Shown here in pieces: positions 47,390 to 57,120 of a stretch of DNA of 64,000 bases (its first letter is position 1; every line of letters begins with the position of its first letter). The DNA is taken from IMG/VR virus record IMGVR_UViG_3300036971_000130; one strand, 5' to 3'. The translations under genes and the position numbers were made by a program. The DNA is from a virus. Lineage: Duplodnaviria > Caudoviricetes. The notes under the pieces were generated by a model that was not told the DNA's origin, did not search any database, and saw only the letters and a list, made by a program, of their open reading frames with translations.

Positions 47390-47808
47390 ACATCTACATC
47401 CGGTGCACCAACGGAACGCACCTCGATCAGTGGGGCCTTCCCCAGCAGGTCAAGGTCATCGAGGAAATCGACCTGTTCACGTACGGTCGAGACGACAACA
47501 ACGAGTCGATCGCCACGAGCGTGACCAACGGGAAGGTCATCCACACCTTCTCGATGTACGCCTACCACGATGGGGTCCGAGGTGAGACGTGGCAGCAGCC
47601 GATGTTCGAGCGGTACGTGTTCTTCGGCAAGCCGATGTCGTGCTTCGACATCCACCAGTTCGTCCGGGTGACCTTCGGCATCGAAGATCCGGAGCCGACG
47701 AACCTCCACGATCTCCGTCAAGCTCTTGTTGACGAAGCGCCCGAAGACACCTGGGTCGACTGTGTGAAGGTCCGTTGGCCGGACCTGGTGATCGAGGACT
47801 TGACCTGA
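47386..47808 (+). CDS. Hypothetical protein
   Basis: GTGA overlap, GGAGG SD. Confidence 0.6.
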   Translation: MNIYIRCTNGTHLDQWGLPQQVKVIEEIDLFTYGRDDNNESIATSVTNGKVIHTFSMYAYHDGVRGETWQQPMFERYVFFGKPMSCFDIHQFVRVTFGIEDPEPTNLHDLRQALVDEAPEDTWVDCVKVRWPDLVIEDLT

Positions 47809-48059
47809 CCTTCGAGGTCAGGTACCTTGTCCTGCAATCCGGAGCCGTCATGGGCTAAGGAGGGCCTACGGGCCACATCGGTACTCCAAAGCCGCCCCGC
47901 TTCTACTCACGATCTTGGGATGCTTGCCGGGTGAGTGTTCAGTGCCGAGAGGAAGGGAAGGCCACGGATGCGTCCGGGCCTTTTCTTCGTTTTCCGGTAT
48001 GTCCGAACTGCCCAAGATGGATGTTCTGAGCGGTTCGTCCGGTCTGCTATGCTGGCTCG

Positions 48060-48548
48060 ATCCACCCCACCAGACGAGCCACCCCTCTCGTCCTCATCGC
48101 CATGTTCCTCGTGTGCCTTCTTTCGGCATGCGACCCCGGCGTTGGGGACCCAAGCACCCGAGCACGGGCAGCTATCAACGTTCACGTTCCCCAGCGGCTT
48201 CGAGATAGCACCCCGTACCGACTGATGAACGTCCCCGGCCAGACCTCGTACTCGAACACGAACGGCACGATCAGTGTCAGCTACGGCCAGTTCGACGACA
48301 CCTGGGATCACGCCCGCTTCATCGCCTTGCACGAGTTCGGTCATCAGGTGGCGTTCCGTCACGGCGCTGGCCGATACCTCGGAGATCCACCAGCCGGGTT
48401 CCCGTACCGTGGTGTGAAGCCAGAGGAAGTCTGGGGCGAATGCTTCGCCACCGCACTCACCGGCGTTGTCTGGCCGAGCTACGGGTACCCGGCGTGCGAC
48501 TCCACGTCGCTCAGATGGACTCGCCAGTGGATCGACCGCTGGCGCTGA
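48060..48548 (+). CDS. HExxH metallopeptidase lipoprotein (start anomalous)
   Basis: Lipobox LSAC, ALHEFGH; ATC at expected start, first ATG 48102. Confidence 0.6.
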   Translation: MHPTRRATPLVLIAMFLVCLLSACDPGVGDPSTRARAAINVHVPQRLRDSTPYRLMNVPGQTSYSNTNGTISVSYGQFDDTWDHARFIALHEFGHQVAFRHGAGRYLGDPPAGFPYRGVKPEEVWGECFATALTGVVWPSYGYPACDSTSLRWTRQWIDRWR

Positions 48549-48563
48549 GGAAATCGTCGACCG

Positions 48564-49025
48564 TCAGGTCCCAACCTTGGCTCCGAGCCGATCGAGATGG
48601 GCCAGGACGGCTTCGATCTGATAGTGGGGGTCCTCGTGGTCCGAGCCGTAGCCACAGGAGCAGAAGGACGATGTGGTGTAGTCCTCGTTGGCGACGACCT
48701 CGATCCTGTGGCTCCGCATGAAGGAGGCGACCTTCTTGGTGATCTCGGAGGCACGGACCTTCTCGTCGATCAGGTTGTAGCGGTCCGCTGACGGCACCTC
48801 GGTCCACCGGAATCCAGGCTCATCCGGGCAGACGAAGAACGTGCCGTCTCGGACGAACTTCCGTCCTGGGTGGTCTCGGTCCACGATCTCCGTCTTGTCG
48901 GTCGTCGGGTCCCAATCGAATGCGAGGTGAGCGAGATCGACGATCTCCACGACGGGAACGGATACACCCCACTCATCGTGGTCGATGGTCGTGAATGACC
49001 TGACGATCGTTGGCGGCTGGTTCAT
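48564..49025 (-). CDS. CxCG..H family protein
   Basis: DEWGVSV..FCSCG..AH. Confidence 0.65.
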   Translation of the reverse strand: MNQPPTIVRSFTTIDHDEWGVSVPVVEIVDLAHLAFDWDPTTDKTEIVDRDHPGRKFVRDGTFFVCPDEPGFRWTEVPSADRYNLIDEKVRASEITKKVASFMRSHRIEVVANEDYTTSSFCSCGYGSDHEDPHYQIEAVLAHLDRLGAKVGT

Positions 49026-49486
49026 GCGTCCCCCTCGGATCGGTGGGCCTCGACTTCTTCGACGATCTGCTCGTAGGTCCGAGACTCGTAGAAGGCAGGA
49101 TGCCATCCGCAGGAGCAGACCAGGACGTAGTACCCGTCATCGTCGAGTTCGACCACGACCTGATGGCTGTCCTTGTACGCCCAGATCGCTTCGTAGACCG
49201 GCTTCACGTCAAGGACAGGTTCGCCCTTGTAGGAGTACCTGCTGTTCTCGAAGTCAGGTTCCTCCCAGCGGTCGATCGAGTAGTCGCCGGGCACATCCCA
49301 GACACCTTCGTCGACGCCTGCGAGTGTGACACCGTGTCGAGTCGTCACCAGTTGAGGTACGGCGTAGTTGGTCTGCTTGACGATGTCGTCGTCCTCGATG
49401 AAGTCCATGTCCTCGATGACCGTGACCGGGACTCGAACGCCGAACTCGTCTGGTGTCCATTCGGTGTGGCCTTGGATGATGAACAT
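49022..49486 (-). CDS. CxCG..H family protein
   Basis: DEFGVRV..VCSCGW..AH; AAAGGA SD. Confidence 0.7.
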   Translation of the reverse strand: MFIIQGHTEWTPDEFGVRVPVTVIEDMDFIEDDDIVKQTNYAVPQLVTTRHGVTLAGVDEGVWDVPGDYSIDRWEEPDFENSRYSYKGEPVLDVKPVYEAIWAYKDSHQVVVELDDDGYYVLVCSCGWHPAFYESRTYEQIVEEVEAHRSEGDA

Positions 49487-49496
49487 GGCGGTCCTT

Positions 49497-50090
49497 TCAG
49501 GTCCACTCGGTCAAGGTCGACTCGGCAGACTCCTTAATCGCCTGGATGGCGACCAGACGACCTTTCGTGAGGCGTTCCTTGCTCTCGAACCCCATGAAGC
49601 AGTTGTAGGCGTAGCGCAGGAACCCGAGGTAGAAGTCGGCGGTCGTTGTGAGGTGCAGCTTCAGACCATCGGCAGACATCCCGTCAGCGATCTTGACGAT
49701 GCGACGATCGGTGTTGCCGACGATGGTCGTCCAACCATCGAAGTCGAGGTCGGACGGCGGGTTCCAGGTCGTTTCGAGGTCCATCAGGCCGTTGGCTGAG
49801 GCTGACGGTGACGAGAACCGGATGCCGGTGTTCAGGAAGTCGGTGAACTCGACCATGACGAGCCGCATGGCCTCGCTGCGCCCCTTGCCGAGCTTCGTGC
49901 GGACCGACTTCACCGAGAGCATCTCGCCCATGAACTCGACCATCATCTCGATCACCGATGCGGTGGCGGAGATCGGGTTCTCACCGAGCGGGAGTTCCGA
50001 ATCACCTACGGACACGGGTTCGTCGGAGTGCCAGTCGACGAAGACTCGCTCGAAGGACTCAGCATCATGGATCTTGGTCGTGAACTGCAT
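49497..50090 (-). CDS. Hypothetical protein
   Basis: Leaderless after class I promoter. Confidence 0.6.
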   Translation of the reverse strand: MQFTTKIHDAESFERVFVDWHSDEPVSVGDSELPLGENPISATASVIEMMVEFMGEMLSVKSVRTKLGKGRSEAMRLVMVEFTDFLNTGIRFSSPSASANGLMDLETTWNPPSDLDFDGWTTIVGNTDRRIVKIADGMSADGLKLHLTTTADFYLGFLRYAYNCFMGFESKERLTKGRLVAIQAIKESAESTLTEWT

Positions 50091-50110
50091 GTCCGTCATC
50101 ATGGGTCGGA

Positions 50111-50572
50111 TCAGCCGACCTGTCCTGCGTGCAGGTTCGCCTCACGGACAGCGTCCTGGTTGTTGCCGAAGCTGAACAGGTAGGCGAAGTCACCACATGA
50201 GCACTGGAACCGGTGGGTGAACCCAGAGTCGTCCCGCTTGATGAGGGCGATCTCGTGGATGGACGAGCAAACCCGTTCGAGTTCTTCCTGAAGGCAGCGA
50301 CCATCCAACGGCCTCCCGTCGAACATGTACCTGTCTTCCTTTGGGAAGACCCACACCCCGTCGGCCTCGTCTTCTGGGACCAGGACGCCACCACCGTCGG
50401 GGAACGGTTCCAGGTGGAAGGCTCGGCCGACCGAGTTCACGTACAGGAGCGGATCATCGAAGTCGAACTGGTCGGCCTGTTCCAGCCGAGTGATCTTGGT
50501 GATCCGACGGACCTCGACGGTGCGCCCCCACGCATCGGTGTGATTGGAGAGGTCGAACTGGACAACGAACAT
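50111..50572 (-). CDS. CxCG..H family protein
   Basis: DAWGRTV..QCSCG..LH. Confidence 0.65.
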   Translation of the reverse strand: MFVVQFDLSNHTDAWGRTVEVRRITKITRLEQADQFDFDDPLLYVNSVGRAFHLEPFPDGGGVLVPEDEADGVWVFPKEDRYMFDGRPLDGRCLQEELERVCSSIHEIALIKRDDSGFTHRFQCSCGDFAYLFSFGNNQDAVREANLHAGQVG

Positions 50573-50601
50573 GGTGGCACCTTAGCCGTGGGGTGTGACG
50601 G

Positions 50602-50787
50602 TCAGCGGTCGAGCGCCTGACGTTCTGCGACCTCACAGTCGTGCTCACGGAGAGCCACAGAGATCCGGAGAACGTCGTAGATCCTCGCCCATCCGCAGAG
50701 ATCGCAGCGAACGAAGAACTGCTCCTGACCGACGATCACGAGGTGATCCCCAGGCTCAGGGTAATCGCTGGCGATGATCGTGCTCAT
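50602..50787 (-). CDS. Short CxxCG..H protein
   Basis: CDLCGW..REH. Confidence 0.5.
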   Translation of the reverse strand: MSTIIASDYPEPGDHLVIVGQEQFFVRCDLCGWARIYDVLRISVALREHDCEVAERQALDR

Positions 50788-50796
50788 CGCTCGATC

Positions 50797-51774
50797 CTAG
50801 CTCGGGTGCTTCACCCAGTCCACCTCGAAGGTGGACGTGCGAGGGTCGTTCCAATCGACTCGACGGATGTTGGCGGTCGGGCAGTTCGGCGGGAACTTGC
50901 CCCATGTCGAGCACCGGTTCAGGTTCGGGAGCAGCCCGAGTTCACCGTCAGGTTCGCCAGCCCAGTTGCCGCCCACGGCCATGTTGACGGCCATGTCCCA
51001 GGACTCGTTCGGGTCAGCGGTGTTCCACTTCCATGCGCTGTAGTCGACGTAGCGCATGGTCTCGACGCCATCGGTGTAGAAGATGAACCGGATGGCGTTG
51101 CCCTCGACCTTGCGGATGTCGACCGCCCAGGTGTGCCATCCGGGGCTCACCGTCGGAGCCTCGAAGGCGTCGTTGGTCTTGGCGATGTTCTGCTGACCGG
51201 CGAGGTGGAGCGTCTGGCTGGTCCTGCCGGGCGCTGCGCTGTGGAAGTATTCCATCACGTCGACCTCGGCAGTGGAAGCTCCGTAGCGGTGACGAAGCCA
51301 GAAGGCGGGCCACATGCCCTGTGCGTGAGGCACCTTCGCCCGGATCTCGTAGCGTCCCTCCAACGGGTAGTAGTTCCCGGTCTCACGGGAGCCGATGAAC
51401 CCGGACGTGTAGTTCCGCACCGCCCCGGAGGGGCACTTGACGGTCTCCTTCTTCGCTGCGATCTTCAGCGTTCCTCCGCTGACGATGAGGTTGTCCGGCG
51501 TCAGGCAGGCCATCTCCTTGTTTCCGTCGCCGTAGGTGTTGTGGTACGGCTTCCACTTCGACGTGTCCAGGGAGTCGCCGGAGAAGTCGATGGTCGTGGT
51601 CTGGCCTGGTGCCGAGGTCACGATCGTGGTCGTCGTCGCTGGTGCCGCTGTTGTCGTTGTGACCTGCGGCTTCGTTGTCGTCGACGGCGTCCCCGTCTTC
51701 GGCTGGCAGGCGGTGGTCGCTGCGACTCCGAGAACCAGAGCGAGCGAGATCAACTTCGACTTCAGGGCGGTCAT
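50797..51774 (-). CDS. GH16 glycoside hydrolase lipoprotein
   Basis: Signal peptide + Cys, Thr linker, YTSG, MWPAFW, EVDVME. Confidence 0.88.
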   Translation of the reverse strand: MTALKSKLISLALVLGVAATTACQPKTGTPSTTTKPQVTTTTAAPATTTTIVTSAPGQTTTIDFSGDSLDTSKWKPYHNTYGDGNKEMACLTPDNLIVSGGTLKIAAKKETVKCPSGAVRNYTSGFIGSRETGNYYPLEGRYEIRAKVPHAQGMWPAFWLRHRYGASTAEVDVMEYFHSAAPGRTSQTLHLAGQQNIAKTNDAFEAPTVSPGWHTWAVDIRKVEGNAIRFIFYTDGVETMRYVDYSAWKWNTADPNESWDMAVNMAVGGNWAGEPDGELGLLPNLNRCSTWGKFPPNCPTANIRRVDWNDPRTSTFEVDWVKHPS

Positions 51775-51973
51775 CGTGCGATGGTACTCCCATCCATGTT
51801 GAGATTCAACTACCGTCTGGACAAGTCGTCTCTGACCAGCAAGGATGGGGACGGTTTTGCCGTCCGCATGGAGGGTTTGACCTGTCCAGGTCGCCAACCC
51901 ATGTTGGGTAGGCCAGCGCAGCTACCTGCTGCATCCGTACCGATGCTCACCAAGAACGAAAGGAGGGAGCATC

Positions 51974-52489
51974 ATGTCAGTCCTCGTCCTCAACGCAGAC
52001 GGAACGCCGATCAACGTCGTCTCCGACCAGCGTGCCGTCGTCATGGTCCACGAAGACATCGTCTTCGTGATCGCCAAGAGCGACAAGGTGTTCCGCTCCC
52101 CGTCGACCACGATCGAGGTCCCCTCGGTCGTGATGGTGACCCGGTACATCCCGAAGCCCTACCGCCCCCTCGCCAACCTCACTCGGAAGAACCTGCTCGC
52201 CAGGGACAACTACGAGTGCTGCTACTGCGAGGCTCGGCGGGGTACCACCGTCGACCACGTCATCCCAAGAGCCAAGGGCGGCAAGCACGAGTGGGACAAC
52301 GTCGTTGCTGCATGCGAGCCGTGCAACAACAAGAAGTCCGACACCTTGCTGAAGGATCTCGGCTGGAAGATGCGGTTCTCGCCGTACCGCCCGACCCCGC
52401 TCGACGAGGTCAGGTGGGGGCGTGGCTGGACCAACCCGGACTGGCTGCCGTACCTGCCCGAGACGCAGAGGCCCAAGGTCAAGGCGTAA
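51974..52489 (+). CDS. HNH endonuclease (McrA-like)
   Basis: VLVLNA, ARDNYECCYC, TVDHVIPR, NVVAACEPCNNKK. Confidence 0.92.
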   Translation: MSVLVLNADGTPINVVSDQRAVVMVHEDIVFVIAKSDKVFRSPSTTIEVPSVVMVTRYIPKPYRPLANLTRKNLLARDNYECCYCEARRGTTVDHVIPRAKGGKHEWDNVVAACEPCNNKKSDTLLKDLGWKMRFSPYRPTPLDEVRWGRGWTNPDWLPYLPETQRPKVKA

Positions 52490-52527
52490 CGAAGAAGTCC
52501 CCGGTCGATGGCCGGGGGCTTCTTGTT

Positions 52528-52950
52528 TCAGGGCTTGGCGACTGCATCCTTCGGGGTCGACTTGGCGTGCTCACGCACCTTCGCTTCGACATCGCTGAAC
52601 ATCGTCGACTCAACGGTGAACTTCCACCCGCACATGCAGTTGAGGTAGGTCTTGCCGTTGCGGGTGCCGATCGACAGCGGATGGGAACGATCCAGATGGC
52701 GGAAGATCCGGTAGATGTCCGACTTCGTTTTCGGGTCACCCCGGTAGACGTAGTCGACTCCTGAGCGCACGGTCGTCCACTCACCGTCACCACGAACGAG
52801 ATCGTCATGGTCGTACTGGTTGCCGTTGTCGTCGTACTGGAATCCGTCTTCGTCCATCTCCACGTTCTTCGCTTCGAGCACGTCGAGAACATCAACTTCG
52901 ACGCCCCATCGGTCGACGAAGGTGGCGTGGTTGGTTCGGATGATCAGCAT
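52528..52950 (-). CDS. CxCG..H family protein
   Basis: DRWGVEV..NCMCGW..EH. Confidence 0.65.
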   Translation of the reverse strand: MLIIRTNHATFVDRWGVEVDVLDVLEAKNVEMDEDGFQYDDNGNQYDHDDLVRGDGEWTTVRSGVDYVYRGDPKTKSDIYRIFRHLDRSHPLSIGTRNGKTYLNCMCGWKFTVESTMFSDVEAKVREHAKSTPKDAVAKP

Positions 52951-53402
52951 GGCATCGACTTCCAGGTCGGGAGTCCACAGCGTGACAGGTGAGCGTTGGC
53001 GGACTCAATGATGCTGTCCAAGCTCTCCATGTCAATCTCGATGGAGAGGTCATGGAACGACCCACAGGAGCACCAGAGGCCGTTGGGAGAGAGGCGGATG
53101 GAGTGGGGAGCGACGTTCGCATCGAGATGGGCCAACAGGTCGTCGTAGACGATCGGTCGACCATCGAGCGAGTAGCGAACCTCTCTGCTGGGGGGCTTCC
53201 ACCTCGGCACCGGACTGACCCAGACGCCGTTCTCGACCCAGTCTCCGGTTCGATCGTCCCGTGAGAAGGCTCGTCCATGATCGGAGATGAGGCCGGACTT
53301 GGGCATCTCAACGATGCGGACCCAGGAGATCACGACGGCTTCGGTCGTCCTCCGGCCCCACTGGTCTTTGGTCTCTCTCGCGACTGAGTGAATCAGGTGC
53401 AT
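52944..53402 (-). CDS. CxCG..H family protein
   Basis: DQWGRR..WCSCG..AH. Confidence 0.6.
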   Translation of the reverse strand: MHLIHSVARETKDQWGRRTTEAVVISWVRIVEMPKSGLISDHGRAFSRDDRTGDWVENGVWVSPVPRWKPPSREVRYSLDGRPIVYDDLLAHLDANVAPHSIRLSPNGLWCSCGSFHDLSIEIDMESLDSIIESANAHLSRCGLPTWKSMPC

Positions 53403-53409
53403 GCCATCA

Positions 53410-54300
53410 TCATGGGTGGTCGAAGGTGATGATCTCATTCGTGAGCGGATGACGGCCTGACACGAACTTCTCCATCCCGTCGAATCTGTCGGGGCCGTGG
53501 ACTGCGCCGACGAGAGCACCGGCGATCGCAGCGACCGTATCGGTGTCTCCGCCTGCCATGATTGCCAACCTGATCGACTGAACGGGATGGCCTTGTGCTG
53601 TCTCGATCGCTCTCCAAGCTCCGATGAACGCCCCGAGAGCGGAGCCGTTGCCGGGGACCCGGAACTCCGGATCGAAGATCCTCGGCCAGACAGGATCGTT
53701 GACGAGATCGAAGGCCACCTCGGGGTGGTGGAACCGTCCGGTGGTGTGTCCGAGCCGGACCAACTCGGACCAGATGATGCACGCTTCGACAGCGTGAGGG
53801 TCAGGGTGGGTGAGTTTCGAGACTGCTGCGGCTGCGGCAGCGGTCTTCTCCCGGTCGTGTGGGTGACGGTACCCGACAGGCCAGGTCCGCATCAGGGAGC
53901 CGTTGCCGCTCTTGGCGAACCGCTTCTTCGAGTGGATGACCTCCGAGACCTCGGTCATCTTCGACGGGTCCTCTGTTCCACGGAAGACCGACTTGATGGT
54001 GCTCCCGATGTCGGGCGGGCCGTGGGACCGCCAGGTCAGGAAGTTCTCAGCGACCTTGGTGAGCGACTCCGGGGAGATCAGGTCACCTTCAGCTTCGAGG
54101 ACGCAGATCGACATGGCGGTGTCGTCGGTGAAGGTGCCAGCGGGATCGCCGGAGAGCCGCCCTGGCAGGAACACCGGGTTGCTCGTCCTCTCCCGTAGGC
54201 CCTCGTATCCAGCGCCGAGAGCGTCCCCGACAGCGCATCCGATGAGACTTCCTGAATGAGAAATTTCACCAGCGTATCTCACATATGTGATAGCGTCCAT
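53410..54300 (-). CDS. ADP-ribosylglycohydrolase (DraG/ARH), start uncertain
   Basis: GDALG, TDDT, GNGSLMR, GDTDT. Confidence 0.9.
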   Translation of the reverse strand: MDAITYVRYAGEISHSGSLIGCAVGDALGAGYEGLRERTSNPVFLPGRLSGDPAGTFTDDTAMSICVLEAEGDLISPESLTKVAENFLTWRSHGPPDIGSTIKSVFRGTEDPSKMTEVSEVIHSKKRFAKSGNGSLMRTWPVGYRHPHDREKTAAAAAAVSKLTHPDPHAVEACIIWSELVRLGHTTGRFHHPEVAFDLVNDPVWPRIFDPEFRVPGNGSALGAFIGAWRAIETAQGHPVQSIRLAIMAGGDTDTVAAIAGALVGAVHGPDRFDGMEKFVSGRHPLTNEIITFDHP

Positions 54301-54303
54301 CGG

Positions 54304-54726
54304 ATGAAGAAGACCGTGATCGTTCTCGTTGCTCTCGTCGCTGCTGTGACTCTCGCATCCTGTCGTCAGGACAAGATCCCGGTCAACGACAACGTCGCCT
54401 TCAGTGCGATGAAGACCGTCGAGAAGAAGCACGCTCTGGCGAATGCCAAGTGCTCATTCAAGTCCGAGAGGGCCACCGGCGATTACGTCGAAGTTCTGTA
54501 CTCGTGTGTTCGAGGCTCCGACAAGAACATCTCTATCCGAGCCCACTTCTACGCAGCGAAGCAACGTGGTTTCACGATCCAGGTCAGCGGCCAGAAGATC
54601 CCTGACCACCACGTCAGTGTCAACGTCTCGGCGTGGCGGGGGTCGACCAGAGACATCGGGGAGACCTGCTGGTACAACCGGGTCTCACCGACCTCCTTCT
54701 CGTTCATCCGCTGCGAACGGTTGTGA
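54304..54726 (+). CDS. Lipoprotein
   Basis: Lipobox LASC; paralog of 28473. Confidence 0.7.
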   Translation: MKKTVIVLVALVAAVTLASCRQDKIPVNDNVAFSAMKTVEKKHALANAKCSFKSERATGDYVEVLYSCVRGSDKNISIRAHFYAAKQRGFTIQVSGQKIPDHHVSVNVSAWRGSTRDIGETCWYNRVSPTSFSFIRCERL

Positions 54727-54950
54727 TCAAGTACCTGGGATCGAAGCGTCGCCTGGTCAACGTGATCGGTGCTGCCGCTGAAGGATCTTCGACGGCCCTC
54801 GATCTGTTCACGGGGACGACAAGGGTCGCCCAGCAGTTCAAGAAGCAGGGGATCGAAACAACCGCATGTGACATCGCCACCTACTCGGAGATGTTCGGGC
54901 GGTGCTACTCGGACCATTTCGTCGGTGAGCCGCCAATAGTTCTATTGTGA
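54723..54950 (+). pseudogene. N-terminal fragment of DNA adenine methylase
   Basis: IKYLGSKRRL, DLFTGT; ends after 75 aa without DPPY. Confidence 0.75.
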
Positions 54951-54974
54951 CGACCACCAGGACGAGGTGCTGAG

Positions 54975-56111
54975 ATGCCGCAGGTACGAGGAACGGATAT
55001 CGGGCTGGTTCGTCCGGGCGTGAGCGGTGGAGCTTTCGCCCCTGGGATGAAGGCCGACGGTCAGGTCGGCAACCTCGGAGGGCCATCGACGATCTACGTG
55101 ACCGACCCGGCCAAGATCAGCGACCTCATGGACTTCGAGCACGTCATCGTCGTCGACAACAACGGTGCCACGGACTACGACGGTCAGGACCCGAGGTTCC
55201 CGAACATCTACGCCCCCGAGGTCTACGGGGACGAGTTCTCAGACCCGGACTGGGAGCCAGTCACCGGCTACAGCAACCAGTACAGCTACAGCGGTCCGCT
55301 CATGCATCCGTCGGAGTTCATCGGCAGGGGAATGGGGGCGAGCATCCTCGATGAGCCTGGCGTTTACGTCACCGTCGTCGTGGAGTGCGACGGCTCCGAA
55401 TGCGACCCAGATGTCCATGACGAAGGTGGCTGCGATGCTGACGGCTGGATGCTCCTTCGCCACAAGAGGTACGGCGATGTGTCGCCGGAGGTGGCCGAGT
55501 TGATCGGCCCGGACGCATACGACCTCGAAGGTCAGTACGAGAAGCTCACGGAGCTTCGGGACTCCATCTTGGTCGACGCTCGCACCAACGAGGATCGGGC
55601 GATGCGCCAGGAGGCGTACTATCACGTCGTGGACAACACCGCTCGGATGTTCGCTCGCTACAACCTCGACTGCGACAGCCGTCTTCTTGCCGCCAGGGCT
55701 GCAATCACCGACCCGGCGGTCGTGCAGAAGCAAGCCGAGGTGGCAGCGGGCAAGGAAACTCTCCGTGCGATCAGGATGGCTGGCTCCGATGACGAAGCAA
55801 GGGACATCGCTCTGCGTCACGGACTGCTCCACCCATCTGCCGTAGCTGGCATGTCGAAGAACGAGATCGTCGACAGGGCAGAAGCATCTCTCGCATCGTC
55901 CAGGGACCCCGAGTCGTACCGTGAAGCCCTCGCTTCGATCATCGACCCAGTCGAGCGTCCTGGCTCTCCCCGCAAGGGTGACAGGGCGGCCTTCTTGTCC
56001 GGATACCAGCCTGTATGGGCAAGCGTCAGCGACGAAGACCACAGCAGTCTGAGTGAAGCTGTCCGTGCTCTCCCGATCGACGTGTTCGTTCGTCTGACGG
56101 AGGATCACTGA
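54975..56111 (+). CDS. Paralog 1 of RPGVSGGAF family
   Basis: Shared N-terminus and DPRF/DW/PGxY/LRH motifs. Confidence 0.75.
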   Translation: MPQVRGTDIGLVRPGVSGGAFAPGMKADGQVGNLGGPSTIYVTDPAKISDLMDFEHVIVVDNNGATDYDGQDPRFPNIYAPEVYGDEFSDPDWEPVTGYSNQYSYSGPLMHPSEFIGRGMGASILDEPGVYVTVVVECDGSECDPDVHDEGGCDADGWMLLRHKRYGDVSPEVAELIGPDAYDLEGQYEKLTELRDSILVDARTNEDRAMRQEAYYHVVDNTARMFARYNLDCDSRLLAARAAITDPAVVQKQAEVAAGKETLRAIRMAGSDDEARDIALRHGLLHPSAVAGMSKNEIVDRAEASLASSRDPESYREALASIIDPVERPGSPRKGDRAAFLSGYQPVWASVSDEDHSSLSEAVRALPIDVFVRLTEDH

Positions 56112-56112
56112 G

Positions 56113-57119
56113 ATGCCACCGATCAGAGGTAAGGATGTCGGGCTCGTCAGGCCCGGCGTGAGCGGGGGTGCGTTCGCCCCAACCGGCCACGGCTTCGGCC
56201 CCGTCCCCGATCTCGGCAACCATGACCCTGAACACGTCAGGATCGTTGCTCTCTTGCAGCCCGGTTACATGGTTGTCGTCTCGGACGTCTTCACCGGCGG
56301 GTACGGCCAGGGCAACGAAGATCCCCGGTTCGTCGGTGCCTTCGTCCCCACAGCCGAGAACGGCAGTGTCCACGATGAGGACTGGAAGGTCGTAGCCGAC
56401 TTGGTCGGTTCCGACGGCATCACCGATCGGGTGACCGACGAGATGAGGGCGAACCCCGGCCTCTACGCTCTGACCGAGAGCTTCAACAACCTCGGTGTCG
56501 AGGGATACGTCCTGGTCCGCCATGAGCGTTACAGGAACATCTCGCCGGAAGCAGCCGAGATCCTCGGACCGGACAATCACTACCGACCAGACCAGTACAA
56601 GTTGATCGAGAATCTCGCCGGACGGGATGACCCTGCTGGCCGAGAAGCGCACGACCAGGCGGTCAAGGACGCTGTCCGGATGATCGAGTCGGACATCCCG
56701 GATGCTGCTTCCCGAATCCGTGCAGCCGTGGATGCCATCGACAATCCGGGCATGGTTCGTAGACTTCGGGCCGCATCCGAAGCTCGGAAGATCATCTCGA
56801 AGGTGCAGTCCACTTCCGATCTGGAAGATGCAGCGGGTGTCGCTCGTGACTACGGACTCTCCCAGCACGACACGGAATGAACCACGACGAGGTGGTCCGG
56901 TTGGTCGTGAGGGAAGCTGAGTCAAGGGACAACCCGGAGAGGGCAGATCACATTCTCGCCATCTCCGTCAGTGAAATCCTCGAACCGGGATCTGGGTCCG
57001 GCTACACGAGGTACCGATCGACTGTCGGTCTGATCGACGAGGTTGACGACAAGCAACTCAGCCAAGAGGTGAAGAAGATGCCGACTTCGGTGTTCCGCAA
57101 GATGATGGAGGGTGATTGA
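56113..57119 (+). CDS. Paralog 2, split into 56113-56880 and 56877-57119
   Basis: Second piece carries the family C-terminal P..VF motif. Confidence 0.65.
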
Positions 57120-57120
57120 G

